From: an uncultured Bacteroidota bacterium
GTDB lineage: Bacteria > Bacteroidota > Bacteroidia > Bacteroidales > CAIWKO01
Assembly: GCA_937934705.1 (NCBI GenBank)
Contig: CALGYY010000098.1
Span: 39,485-103,484, forward strand
Length of the DNA stretch: 64,000 nt
Reading direction: 5' to 3'
Below the pieces are notes generated by a model. It worked only from the letters and a program-made list of their open reading frames with translations. It made no database searches and was not told the DNA's origin. Made by a program: the position numbers and the translations under genes. Positions 36,095 to 46,371 of this stretch are shown piece by piece (the first letter of the stretch is position 1; the number at the start of each line of letters is the position of its first letter).

Positions 36095-37381
36095 TTATTG
36101 GATTAATCCTGAGTTGAAAAGATAGTTTTCGATGGCCAGTTTTTGCTGCAAACGGTGCATTTCGAGGCTGATCTTTGCCTGTACCCCGGCATTCAGCTCT
36201 GTCGTGTATTCCGTTGCAGTGATGATCCCCTGTTCGTATTGTACAGAAAATGTTTCAGCAATCTTCCCGCGAAGAGCCACGATCTCCTGGTCGCGTGCAA
36301 TCATCTCATCCAGTTTACGGATGTCCTGGTAATCCTTGCTGAGCTGTATTCTTGTGTTCTGCTCGAAACTCTCTTTCTGCGTCTGAAGGAGGTCTTTCTG
36401 CAGATTAATGATCTTTTTTTCATTGGCACTGCTGTTCCAGTTCCAGATGCTCCACGATACCCTGATTCCACCCATATACCAGTCGCTGAAATCAGGATCC
36501 AGCATATTCAGACCCGGCCGGCCATAACCGGCCTGCGCAAACAGTGATACCCTCGGAAGGAGGCGAGAGCTTGATAAACGCTTGCCCGCTTCCAGCTTTT
36601 CCGACTGCAGATCATACCACTCCATTTCGGGGCGGCGTAATTCCAGTGACTCCGGAAGTCGGGAATCAGGGACCTCCAGCCTGACAGAATCACTGAATGT
36701 TTGTCCCGTCATGAGTGACAGCATATCCAGAGAGGCTTTCAGTCCGGCCCTGGCTTCAGTGATCTGCTGTTCTGTCTTCAGAATTTCAGTTTTCAGGATG
36801 TTCACCTGGACTTCCAGTCCGGCATTGTTGCGCAATGCCGCTTCCGCTTTTCTGAGCCGGGAATTCAGTTCACTCCTGACATTGTCGTAAAGTTCCAGGC
36901 TGACCTGCATCAGGAGGATATTGAAGTATACCTGGTTGACCTTCTCATTTAAGCGGTTGAGTTCTACTTTAAGCGATTGCTGGTCCGCGCGCAGACCTGC
37001 AGCTTCTGCCTTCTTCATGGCTGAAGTCTGGCCCCCGTCGTAAAGAGTCTGATTCACATCCAGGCTCAGCTTCCAGAAATCCTTATTCAACTCAGGGATC
37101 GTGATCCCGGGGATCGTGATCGGGAGAGAGGTGACCTCTGACTGGTAGCTGGCCTGCCCGTTCAGGGCAAGCTGGGGATACCAGCTCTTTCCGAGGTTGA
37201 GCGTGCGAAGCTTGCTGGCGTCATTCAGAATGTCGGCCTGCTGTGACAGAGGATAATGACTACGGGTCCACTCACGGCATTGCTGAAGCGTCACCTGCTG
37301 AAGCATGGAGGAGGGATCAGCATTTTGCGGGCTAAGTCGGAGGACCAGCATACACAAGCAAAGACAAAAGAGGCTTCTCAT
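36095..37381 (-). CDS. TolC-family outer membrane efflux protein
   Basis: 428 aa, two-repeat coiled-coil/beta architecture; operon context. Confidence 0.8.
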   Translation of the reverse strand: MRSLFCLCLCMLVLRLSPQNADPSSMLQQVTLQQCREWTRSHYPLSQQADILNDASKLRTLNLGKSWYPQLALNGQASYQSEVTSLPITIPGITIPELNKDFWKLSLDVNQTLYDGGQTSAMKKAEAAGLRADQQSLKVELNRLNEKVNQVYFNILLMQVSLELYDNVRSELNSRLRKAEAALRNNAGLEVQVNILKTEILKTEQQITEARAGLKASLDMLSLMTGQTFSDSVRLEVPDSRLPESLELRRPEMEWYDLQSEKLEAGKRLSSSRLLPRVSLFAQAGYGRPGLNMLDPDFSDWYMGGIRVSWSIWNWNSSANEKKIINLQKDLLQTQKESFEQNTRIQLSKDYQDIRKLDEMIARDQEIVALRGKIAETFSVQYEQGIITATEYTTELNAGVQAKISLEMHRLQQKLAIENYLFNSGLIQ

Positions 37382-37995
37382 GATTGTGCGGGTTTAAGGG
37401 CATTCATAATAAATAAGGTGACCTCTGTTTTTCTTTCCTGAAGAAAAGTGGCATAGGCAGCTTCATCACCCCGGAAAAGAATGTGCTGTATTATGGGACG
37501 GCCTGCGAAAGGGAAAACACATAAACTGATCATGTTAACGATCAGTTGCCGGGGGTCGATGGGCCGGATATTCCCCGCCCTGACCTCTTCCGCGATCTGT
37601 CCCAGAAAGAGTTCCGGTTGTATCCCGCTTCCCTCTATAAGCTGTATCAGCCTGTCAGGCTGACGGTGCAGCTCATTCATGATGAAGATCGGGATGTGCG
37701 GGTGGTTCAGCAACATGTCTGAATAACTGCTGACGAAGGTCCAGATCTTTTCTGCCAGAGGCATCTCATGGTTCAGCATCCCGCTTACCTGAGGAATAAA
37801 ATGCCGGAAAGCTTCCTCAAAAATGGCATCGAACAATTTGTCCTTGCTCCTGAAATAATAATGTAAAAGGGCCTTGTTGATCCTGGCCTCATCGGCAATT
37901 TCCTGCATACGGGCCCCGCTCAGACCTTTGGTCAGAAAGACCTTTTTAGCCGCTTCCAGTATGATTTGCTCGGTCGTTTTTTCGGACTCATCCAT
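37378..37995 (-). CDS. TetR/AcrR family transcriptional regulator
   Basis: N-terminal HTH ILEAAKKVFLTKGLSGARMQEIADEARINKALLHYYFRSKDKLF. Confidence 0.9.
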   Translation of the reverse strand: MDESEKTTEQIILEAAKKVFLTKGLSGARMQEIADEARINKALLHYYFRSKDKLFDAIFEEAFRHFIPQVSGMLNHEMPLAEKIWTFVSSYSDMLLNHPHIPIFIMNELHRQPDRLIQLIEGSGIQPELFLGQIAEEVRAGNIRPIDPRQLIVNMISLCVFPFAGRPIIQHILFRGDEAAYATFLQERKTEVTLFIMNALKPAQS

Positions 37996-38169
37996 AGTTA
38001 ATCGTATAGTTTAACCTTGAGATGTAAACAAATGGTTTAACCAAGTGGCAAAATTACTGAAATTCTATTACAAAACAAGAAAAGTGTAAAAAAAAATTTC
38101 TGTGCGCATGGACAGCAGCATTTTCACTCTTCAAGGGGATAATGATTACTTTTGCATAAACAGGAATTC

Positions 38170-39990
38170 ATGTCGGTAAATAAGTCTCTTTCAGGGCGCA
38201 GGATGGTGATCGGAGCGGTTTTTCTGGCGATCGGTCTGATCTTCCTTGCCCGGCTGTTTTATCTGCAGGTGATTGAGACCAAGTACAAGTCTTCGGCTGA
38301 CAATAACGTTTTGCGCTATATCACCGCATATCCTGCCCGTGGATTGGTGTATGACCGCAATGCGAAGCTCGTGGTTTTCAACGAGGCTACCTATGACCTG
38401 ATGCTGATTCCCCGGCAGATGGAGGAGGGAATGGATACGAATGAGCTCTGTCGTCTGATCGGCATGGAAAGGGCACTGATGGATAAAAAAATTGAAGCTG
38501 CAGGTCGTTATTCCCCATACCTTCCATCAATTATTGATGAAAAGATCAGTCCGGCCACTTATGGCATGTTGCAGGAAAGATTGGTTCACTTTCCGGGTTT
38601 TTACATCCAGGCCCGGACCGTGAGGAATTATCCCCAGCCGATCGCGGCGCATATTCTCGGATATATCGGGGAGGTGACTCCGGAACACCTGGAGGAGGAT
38701 GATTATTACCGTCCCGGAGATTATATCGGTATCAGCGGCATTGAAAAGTCGTACGAAAAGGAACTCAGAGGGGTCAAGGGTATCAGGATTATTATGGTGG
38801 ATGTTCACGGGAGGGACAAGGGGAGTTATATGGAAGGCAAATTTGACGTGCAGGCCAGGGCGGGGATGGATTTATACACCTCGCTCGACGCCGACCTTCA
38901 GGCATACGGGGAGCTGCTCATGCAGGGGAAGCGCGGAAGTGTGGTGGCCATTGAACCCTCCTCCGGGGAAATCCTGGCGATGGTGTCCAGTCCTTCTTTT
39001 GATCCGGGTTTGCTGGCGGGGAGAGACCGGGCCAAAAACTATTTTGAGCTTCTCAAGGATAAGAACCTGCCGCTTTTCAACCGCGCCCTGACAGGGCGTT
39101 ACCCGCCAGGCTCCACCTTTAAGATGGCCGTCGGACTGGTGGCAGAACAGGAGGGCGTGCTTACCCCTGAAACTCGCTATCCCTGTTACGGGGGGTTCCC
39201 GCTGGGCAACGGGAAACAGGTCGGTTGCCACTCACACGGCAGTCCGCTCGAACTCCGGGGCGCTATTCAGCACAGCTGTAATGCTTATTTCTGCAAGGTG
39301 TTCAAAACCTGTATCGACAATAAGGCCTTTGCCAATCCCCGGGAGGCGCTGACCGCCTGGCGCAACCATATGTTGAGTTTCGGGTTCGGGCGCAAAACAG
39401 GAGTGGATCTTCCCAACGAATCATCCGGTAACATTCCGACCCCTGATTATTATGATAAGATGTGGGGTCAGGGCCGATGGAGAGCCCTGTCGATCATTTC
39501 CCTCGCCATCGGACAGGGCGAGATCCAGCTCACCCCGCTCCAGCTGGCCAACCTGGCCTGCATCATCGCCAACAAGGGAACCTATGTTATTCCCCATATT
39601 GTAAAAGCCATCGGAAGTCCGGGAGCTTCCAATCCCCGCTTCATGAAAAGGATCAGAACCTCTGTGGACCCGCAACATTTCCAGGCCGTGATCGAGGGGA
39701 TGTATTATGTGGTGGAATCCGGAACAGCACGGAATGTGAAAATCGACAGTATTAAAGTGTGCGGCAAAACCGGGACCGCGCAGAACGCCGGAAAGAACCA
39801 CTCCCTTTTCGTGGCCTTTGCCCCAAAAGAGAATCCGCGTATTGCCATAGCGGCCGTCGTGGAAAATTCCGGTGCCGGAGCCACCTGGGCCGCCCCGGTC
39901 TCATCCCTGATGATCGAACGGTATCTGAAAGGAAAAGTTAACCGTAAGGATATGGAGGCAGAAATCATGAATTCAAAACTCCACGATTAA
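38170..39990 (+). CDS. mrdA: Penicillin-binding protein 2 (peptidoglycan D,D-transpeptidase)
   Basis: SxxK PGSTFKM, SxN HSCNAYF, KTGT CGKTGTAQ; followed by rodA. Confidence 0.9.
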   Translation: MSVNKSLSGRRMVIGAVFLAIGLIFLARLFYLQVIETKYKSSADNNVLRYITAYPARGLVYDRNAKLVVFNEATYDLMLIPRQMEEGMDTNELCRLIGMERALMDKKIEAAGRYSPYLPSIIDEKISPATYGMLQERLVHFPGFYIQARTVRNYPQPIAAHILGYIGEVTPEHLEEDDYYRPGDYIGISGIEKSYEKELRGVKGIRIIMVDVHGRDKGSYMEGKFDVQARAGMDLYTSLDADLQAYGELLMQGKRGSVVAIEPSSGEILAMVSSPSFDPGLLAGRDRAKNYFELLKDKNLPLFNRALTGRYPPGSTFKMAVGLVAEQEGVLTPETRYPCYGGFPLGNGKQVGCHSHGSPLELRGAIQHSCNAYFCKVFKTCIDNKAFANPREALTAWRNHMLSFGFGRKTGVDLPNESSGNIPTPDYYDKMWGQGRWRALSIISLAIGQGEIQLTPLQLANLACIIANKGTYVIPHIVKAIGSPGASNPRFMKRIRTSVDPQHFQAVIEGMYYVVESGTARNVKIDSIKVCGKTGTAQNAGKNHSLFVAFAPKENPRIAIAAVVENSGAGATWAAPVSSLMIERYLKGKVNRKDMEAEIMNSKLHD

Positions 39991-39991
39991 T

Positions 39992-41260
39992 ATGGTCAGA
40001 AGGGAAAACAGAGGGGTACTGGCCAATACCGACTGGTGGATGATTCTGATCTTCGTCCTGCTGGCCGGGATAGGGTGGATAAACGTTTATGCCTCAGGGT
40101 ACAACGAAGAATTCCCTCATATTTACGATTTGAGCCGCGTGTACGGAAAACAGATGATCTGGATCGCTTCGGCCTTTCTGCTCGCTTTTTTCATTATGAT
40201 CATTGATGCCAAATTCTTCAGCACTTTCGCCTGGGTGATCTATGGGGTTTCGATCCTTCTCCTGATCTCCGTTCTCCTCTTCGGCTCAGAAGTGCACGGC
40301 TCAAAATCATGGTTTATCATTACTGAACACATCCGCTTCCAACCTTCCGAAATTGCGAAGTTTGCCACAGCACTGGCCCTGGCAAAATACCTCGGTGATT
40401 CCTCCGTGAGAATATCGGATATGAAAACCCGGCTGATGGTGCTGCTGCTGCTCGGCCTGCCGATGTTGCTGATCCTGCTGCAAAACGACACGGGCTCCTT
40501 CCTGGTTTTCTTTGCATTTATCTTTGTGCTCTACCGCGAAGGATTGTCAGGCTTCGTCCTTATCAGCGCTTTTGTCCTCATTGTTATCTTTTTCCTGACC
40601 CTGCTGATCGACAAACTCATCATCATCGCCGTGCTGTCCGGATTGTCACTGCTCTTCCTCTTCTTTATCAAGCGGAACCGCAAAAACATCCTCATCCTCT
40701 TCGGAATCCTGATCGGACTCAGCGCAATGGTTTTCAGCCTCGGGTATACTTACGAAAAGATCCTCAGCGACCATCAGCGGCAACGAATCGATGTCCTGAT
40801 TGGCAAGGAAACAGACCTGAAAGGCGCCGGCTATAATGTCAATCAGTCACTCATTGCCATTGGCTCAGGCGGACTCAGCGGAAAAGGCTTTCTTAACGGA
40901 ACCCAAACCCGCTTCAAATTTGTCCCGGAACAAAATACCGATTTCATCTTCTGCACCGTCGGCGAAGAATGGGGATTTGTCGGCGGAACAATTGTTATAA
41001 TGTTGTATATAATATTATTACTGAGAATAATATTTATTGCGGAACGACAAAGATCCGGCTTCAGCAGGATATACGGCTACGGGCTTGCTTCTGTCCTTTT
41101 CTTTCATGTTCTGATCAACATCGGAATGACCATCGGACTTGCGCCGGTCGTGGGGATTCCGCTGCCTTTTGTGAGCTATGGCGGATCGTCCATGCTGGCC
41201 TTTACAATACTCCTTTTCGTCTTTATCAAACAGGATGCAGTGAGAATGCAGGTGCTCTAA
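39992..41260 (+). CDS. rodA: Rod shape-determining protein RodA (SEDS family)
   Basis: 422 aa polytopic: SEIAKFATALALAKYL, NTDFIFCTVGEEWGFVG, GLAPVVGIPLPFVSYGGSSM. Confidence 0.9.
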   Translation: MVRRENRGVLANTDWWMILIFVLLAGIGWINVYASGYNEEFPHIYDLSRVYGKQMIWIASAFLLAFFIMIIDAKFFSTFAWVIYGVSILLLISVLLFGSEVHGSKSWFIITEHIRFQPSEIAKFATALALAKYLGDSSVRISDMKTRLMVLLLLGLPMLLILLQNDTGSFLVFFAFIFVLYREGLSGFVLISAFVLIVIFFLTLLIDKLIIIAVLSGLSLLFLFFIKRNRKNILILFGILIGLSAMVFSLGYTYEKILSDHQRQRIDVLIGKETDLKGAGYNVNQSLIAIGSGGLSGKGFLNGTQTRFKFVPEQNTDFIFCTVGEEWGFVGGTIVIMLYIILLLRIIFIAERQRSGFSRIYGYGLASVLFFHVLINIGMTIGLAPVVGIPLPFVSYGGSSMLAFTILLFVFIKQDAVRMQVL

Positions 41261-42534
41261 CGTGGTGTGAGCCAACTCACCGGGTTGTGAAGGACCTTGC
41301 CCTCCCAAACCTCAAAATGAAGGTCTGTTTTCCCGTCTTCAGGTTCCGTAGCAATAATGCCCAGCACCTGCTTTGTGGTCACAGAACTGCCTTTGCTGAC
41401 ATTCACCGTTTGCAGATTGGAATATACCGTGAAGAAATCCCCGTGACGGAGGATCACCACCTTGTTGAGCTCAGAAATGCTGACTACGCTGACCACTGTG
41501 CCATTGAAAACAGCTCTGGCCTGTGATCCTTTGGAGGTGGCAATGTTAATCCCGTTATTCTTAACCTTAATTCCGGCCAGAACGGGATGATCGTGTTCAC
41601 CGAATGATTCTGAAATCACACCGCTGCTCACCGGCCAGGGAAGTTTGCCCCGGTTGCTCGTAAAATTGTCAGAGATCAGCTTCTCCTCCGGCGTGAGGAC
41701 GTTCTTCATGTTTGTATTGCTGACAGGAGTTTTGTTGGTCTTGTCAGAAGATTTACGAATCTCTGAAGCTATGATCTCTTCAATTTTAGCCTGCAGTTTT
41801 TTGGCTTCGGCTTTTTTCGCCTCCAGGGTTTTCCGGATAGAGGCCTCCTTCTTTTTCAGGTCCTGGTACATCTTGTCCTTCTCCTTCTTCTCCCTGTCGA
41901 GACGCTCCTTCTCCTTTTCATTTTCCGATAACAATCCTACCTTTTCCTCTTTTTGACGGGAAAGGTCCTGCATGGTCTGCCTGACTTCATCCGCAACCAT
42001 TGAAATCTGCTCCGCCTGCGTCATACGGTACTCGGTGAATTGCTGAAAATACTTCAGCCTCCGGAATGCCTGATTGAAGTTCTCCGCCGAAAAAACAAAC
42101 AACATCCGATCGTAAGAATTGCGCGTTTTCCAGGCGTGGTAGATCAAGCGGGCATATTCGTCTTTCATTTGCTGAAGCGTTTGCTCCTGCCTCACCAGAA
42201 CTTCCCCGTTGTCGCGGATGATACGATCAAGACTATCGATCCCCAGATTGATCTCATCCAAGAGGGCTTCACGTTTTTCAATCTGGTTCCTGAGAAGATT
42301 CAGCTGGTTGACGGAGGCTTTCCGATTCTTGCTGGTTTCCTCCAGCAGCTTTTTGTTCAGGGCAATTTCCTCTTCCAGCTTTTTCTTTTTTGATTCCAGC
42401 TTTTCCCTGTTTTCCTTTTTTGTCTGAGCCAAAGGTACCAGGCAAACAACCATCAGCCCGAAAACCAGGACCATGCTTAAACCCAGAAAAAAAGTCCGGG
42501 AAACACGCCTGATCAAAGGTTTTGGAGTATTCAT
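41257..42534 (-). CDS. M23 family peptidoglycan DD-metalloendopeptidase with long coiled coil (EnvC-like)
   Basis: N-terminal TM, ~250-aa coiled coil, C-terminal M23 region (KGKLPWPV..HDHPVLAGIKVKNNGINI..DLHFEVW). Confidence 0.85.
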   Translation of the reverse strand: MNTPKPLIRRVSRTFFLGLSMVLVFGLMVVCLVPLAQTKKENREKLESKKKKLEEEIALNKKLLEETSKNRKASVNQLNLLRNQIEKREALLDEINLGIDSLDRIIRDNGEVLVRQEQTLQQMKDEYARLIYHAWKTRNSYDRMLFVFSAENFNQAFRRLKYFQQFTEYRMTQAEQISMVADEVRQTMQDLSRQKEEKVGLLSENEKEKERLDREKKEKDKMYQDLKKKEASIRKTLEAKKAEAKKLQAKIEEIIASEIRKSSDKTNKTPVSNTNMKNVLTPEEKLISDNFTSNRGKLPWPVSSGVISESFGEHDHPVLAGIKVKNNGINIATSKGSQARAVFNGTVVSVVSISELNKVVILRHGDFFTVYSNLQTVNVSKGSSVTTKQVLGIIATEPEDGKTDLHFEVWEGKVLHNPVSWLTPR

Positions 42535-42536
42535 TT

Positions 42537-43361
42537 TTATTTTTCCACCCGGGTATAATCTGCCGGAATTTTAAAAGGTGCGATTTCAACCTTGTTCAGC
42601 GTGATCCTGCTGAACTCCACATCTACTTTGAAACGCTTTTTCTCATCCTGTATTTCATATCTGATGTCATAAGCGAAACGCTGGTCCTCAATAACATCAA
42701 ATCCGGAGAAATAGGCTTCAAACTTCCGGTTCTCCTGCTTGACCTCTTTCATGGCAATTTTGACAATCTTGAATGAATCGGGATCCAGCCAGATATCCTG
42801 AACCAGGACACGCTGCGCCTCATTATCTGTCCTGACATATTTCTTGAGTTTGCGCCGGCCGATTGTGCTCAGTTTGTAATTCTTGTTATCGACCGATGCC
42901 TTGAAAACATTATTGTCATAATATGAAAAATCATTTCCCGTGAGCAGGGCCTGAAGGATGTCGAAATCAAAGTCTATTCTGAAAAGGTTACACACATAAT
43001 CGAACTTTCCGGTGAAATAAGTATTATTGATCCGGTTGATCATTTTAGCACTGTCAGGCGTGATCTGAAAACGTGCTACCTCCAGCCCGAATTTGGAAAC
43101 TGTCAGCCATATCAGGCTGTCGCGAACCAGATACATCGCACCGGAGAATGAAGTATTGTTGTTGTCAACATCCGCTTCCGCACTGAATTTGGCAGAAACC
43201 GAATGGTACCTCAACTCGTTTTTCTTCATTTGCTCAAAAAGATACTCCGGCCCCTGCTCTTTCAGCGGCTGAATGATCACTTTGTGTGTCTTACACGCTC
43301 CGGCTCCCAGGATGGTCAGCAACAACAGCAGAATAACTGTATTTCCGGCCCTCTTACTCAT
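42537..43361 (-). CDS. DUF4292-like lipoprotein (LolB-like fold family)
   Basis: Lipobox LTILGAGAC. Conserved position between the TPR protein and the M23 peptidase in Bacteroidota. Confidence 0.6.
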   Translation of the reverse strand: MSKRAGNTVILLLLLTILGAGACKTHKVIIQPLKEQGPEYLFEQMKKNELRYHSVSAKFSAEADVDNNNTSFSGAMYLVRDSLIWLTVSKFGLEVARFQITPDSAKMINRINNTYFTGKFDYVCNLFRIDFDFDILQALLTGNDFSYYDNNVFKASVDNKNYKLSTIGRRKLKKYVRTDNEAQRVLVQDIWLDPDSFKIVKIAMKEVKQENRKFEAYFSGFDVIEDQRFAYDIRYEIQDEKKRFKVDVEFSRITLNKVEIAPFKIPADYTRVEK

Positions 43362-45138
43362 ACCAATTCTTATCGTTGATTTTCTGATTTAACAAGGGTG
43401 ACCCGCCTCCTTTCTCCAGGGCCTGCATCCAATACTGCAGGGCCTCATCGGTGCGGTTCATCCTGAAGAGGATGTCACCATATAGTTCTAATGTACTTCC
43501 GTTGGACGAGCCCCCATGTGCCACAGATTTTTCAATCCAGCCCAATGCTTCCGTGTATTTTTCAAGTGCAAAATAAACACGGGCGGCACTGCTTTCATAA
43601 ACCGGCTGATCCGGAACCAGGGAGTTCAGCTTTTTAACCAGTTCTTCAGCCCGGCTCAGATTCCGCTTTTGAAGAGCCAGTCCTGAAGCATACTTATTCA
43701 TTACATACAGATTTCCGGATTCCACCCTGAGCGCCTTTTCATACGCCTCGAATGAGCCATCAAAATCACCCAGACTGTATAAAGCATCACCAAGGTTGAT
43801 CTGCATTTTCAGGATCAGTTCTTTTTCAAAAGCAAATGCTAATCCCGCCCTGAGCGATTGTACAGCCTCTGTAAACCGGCCTTTTTGTATATTGGCAAAT
43901 CCGTTGTACAGGTACATCTCTGCGTGCTCGGGAAACAACTGCATCGCCAGGCGGCTCTCCCGCTCCATGCTTTCGTAATCCTGAAGCTCCGTGTTGATGA
44001 TCATCAGCTGTTCCCAAACCACATATTTGTTGCTGTCGAGACCGATCACATTCCGGAACGCAGCGGCAGCATCTGCGAATTTCCGGTCACGGTAATAAAA
44101 ATCTCCGGCCATTGACCAGGCTTTGGCTTCCTGGGGATTGGCCTTCAGCATCAGTGTGCACAGGATATACGCATCAGCCCGCACGATCTCATCATTTTCT
44201 GAACGATCGAAATACCTTAACAGAATCCGGATCTTGTTGTCAATATCCAGATCAGGACTGGCGAATGCAAGCTGAAGTTCCTCAAACGCCTTGCTTTCAT
44301 TACCTTTTGAGCGGTAGTACTCCGAAAGGGACAAATGGATGTAAGGATCCTGTGGGTTGGTTTTGATCATTTGCTCATACAGATCCAGTCCGCGCAGATC
44401 ATTGCCTGACTGAAGGTAAAGTTCCGCCAGCATTCCCTTGTACTTCATCTCTCCGGGAAAAGCCTTAACCAATGATTCCAGTTCGTCGATGGCTTTGTTC
44501 ACCTTACCCGACTGAAGGTATAGCCTTTCCTTCTGCAGTGAAGTTTCTTCATTGATGCCGAACTTTTTTTCAATGTCGTCATAAACCTTAATGGCATCGC
44601 CGTTTTTTCCTGCAAGGATGAAAACATTGGCCAGGTCCATCAGGTAATCGGGTGTGCCCGGATTCTTTTCAGCCAGAAGCTTTAAAACCCTTGAGGCTTC
44701 CTGGTAATCGCGCATCTTGATGTAGATCCCGGCCAGGAGTAACTGGTACCATTCGTTGTCTTCTTCATATTTAACCGCTGAAGAAGCCATCACCAGAGCT
44801 TCTGGCAGTTGGTTCCGCTGTTCAAACACCCGGGCCATTTCATACATCGCCGGGGCATAGGTGGGGTCACGCTTAACACACTGGGCAAACAACCCCATGG
44901 CCTTATCATCATTGCCCAGGGCTTTTTCCCTGTTGGCGTCAATAAACAATGCGGTTAACTGGATCTGCTCAGCCTGACTGAGTTTCTTTCCGGGCTTGTC
45001 CTGCGAACCTGTTCCTGTCCCCGGTGTCTTACAGGCCAAAACCAGCAGCAGGGGGATCAGAAAAAAAAGACTTACTCCTGCGGAAGTGCGGGGAGGGTAA
45101 GCGGGCGTTCTATGCATGCTTGCAAAATGAAAGTTCAT
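43354..45138 (-). CDS. Tetratricopeptide-repeat protein
   Basis: 594 aa of repeated A..Y/F...G....A TPR units; start may be the second Met (45117). Confidence 0.8.
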   Translation of the reverse strand: MNFHFASMHRTPAYPPRTSAGVSLFFLIPLLLVLACKTPGTGTGSQDKPGKKLSQAEQIQLTALFIDANREKALGNDDKAMGLFAQCVKRDPTYAPAMYEMARVFEQRNQLPEALVMASSAVKYEEDNEWYQLLLAGIYIKMRDYQEASRVLKLLAEKNPGTPDYLMDLANVFILAGKNGDAIKVYDDIEKKFGINEETSLQKERLYLQSGKVNKAIDELESLVKAFPGEMKYKGMLAELYLQSGNDLRGLDLYEQMIKTNPQDPYIHLSLSEYYRSKGNESKAFEELQLAFASPDLDIDNKIRILLRYFDRSENDEIVRADAYILCTLMLKANPQEAKAWSMAGDFYYRDRKFADAAAAFRNVIGLDSNKYVVWEQLMIINTELQDYESMERESRLAMQLFPEHAEMYLYNGFANIQKGRFTEAVQSLRAGLAFAFEKELILKMQINLGDALYSLGDFDGSFEAYEKALRVESGNLYVMNKYASGLALQKRNLSRAEELVKKLNSLVPDQPVYESSAARVYFALEKYTEALGWIEKSVAHGGSSNGSTLELYGDILFRMNRTDEALQYWMQALEKGGGSPLLNQKINDKNWYE

Positions 45139-46139
45139 TAACTCAGGCTGGTGTAATCCCCGATACTGTCTTCATTGGGGCGTCCGGAATATTCAACGTA
45201 ATTGCCGATCATCGAATTGCACAGATTCACATTCACAATGCGGGAATGGGTCTGAATGATCGAGTTGGAAATCACCGCATTTTCAATCCGCGAGTTCTCC
45301 CCGACAGAAACATATGGCCCGACGACCGAATGGTCGATGATTACATCAGGGCCCAGATAGCAGGGGGGAATGATCACCGAATTGACAAGTTTTGCCGAGG
45401 GATGCACCAGACCTTTGGCATCTGAATACTCAAGTATTTTTCTGTTGGTGAATACCGTGGCATTCTTGTTCCCGCAATCCAGCCATTCGGCGACTTCATC
45501 CGTATAGAAGCGCAATCCTTTCTTCATCATGTTCTCAAGAACATCGGTCAGCTGGAATTCCCCGTTTTTCCTGATATCCTGATCAATCAGAAACCTCAGC
45601 TCTTCCCGCAGGAGGTTTCCTTCCCTGAAATAATAAATACCGATGATCGCCTGGTCGGAAACAAAGATCGCCGGTTTTTCAACAAATGCCGTAATCACAC
45701 CCTCCTCGTTGGTTTTCACCACTCCGAAAGCCTGTGGCTGATCTACCCTGTGTACCCAGATGACCCCTTCATGTTTAGTGTTCAGGTGGAAATCAGCCCT
45801 GAAAAGGGTGTCAGCAAAAGCAACCACCACCGGACCGTCGAGTGACTCCTGTGCACAATACACCGCATGGGCCGTTCCCATGGCTTCATGCTGATAATAG
45901 ATCCTGCCCTTTGCGCCCAGGGCCTCTGCAATGTCAAGTAACTGCTTCTCGACTTCCTTCCCGAAGTCCCCCACAATAAAGGCAATTTCTTCCGGGGTTC
46001 CTCCGCCAATGGCAGCAATATCCTCTGCCAGACGCTGTACAATAGGCTTACCGGCTATGCGGATCAGGGGTTTGGGAACAGTCAGGGTGTGCGGGCGCAT
46101 CCGCTTTCCCATTCCGGCCATGGGGATGATGATCTTCAT
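45138..46139 (-). CDS. Sugar-phosphate nucleotidyltransferase with C-terminal left-handed beta-helix
   Basis: MKIIIPMAGMGKRMRPHTLTVPKPLI signature; hexapeptide-like repeats in the C-terminus. Confidence 0.8.
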   Translation of the reverse strand: MKIIIPMAGMGKRMRPHTLTVPKPLIRIAGKPIVQRLAEDIAAIGGGTPEEIAFIVGDFGKEVEKQLLDIAEALGAKGRIYYQHEAMGTAHAVYCAQESLDGPVVVAFADTLFRADFHLNTKHEGVIWVHRVDQPQAFGVVKTNEEGVITAFVEKPAIFVSDQAIIGIYYFREGNLLREELRFLIDQDIRKNGEFQLTDVLENMMKKGLRFYTDEVAEWLDCGNKNATVFTNRKILEYSDAKGLVHPSAKLVNSVIIPPCYLGPDVIIDHSVVGPYVSVGENSRIENAVISNSIIQTHSRIVNVNLCNSMIGNYVEYSGRPNEDSIGDYTSLS

Positions 46140-46371
46140 GAACTGTATGTTGTTATAAAGCTGGTAAAAAGAAGGTCAAAAGTACAAATATTTTGGAATT
46201 CCCGGCCGAAGAGATCAGTCTCCCCCGTATTTCTACAGGCTTCCCCCTGCCGCTGTCGCAGTCCTGAAAACTATCATTTTTACGGTTGTTCGGCGCATCC
46301 ATATTATTCTATCTTTGTAAAACCGGAGCGGATCTCCGTACATTCAAAACAACACCTAAAAATAATATATC

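Noticed and set aside
38009-38042. Two GTTTAACC direct repeats 26 bp apart, upstream of the TetR gene, as a TetR operator
   Set aside because: They are direct rather than inverted repeats and only 8 bp long, so chance occurrence is plausible. I did not annotate them.
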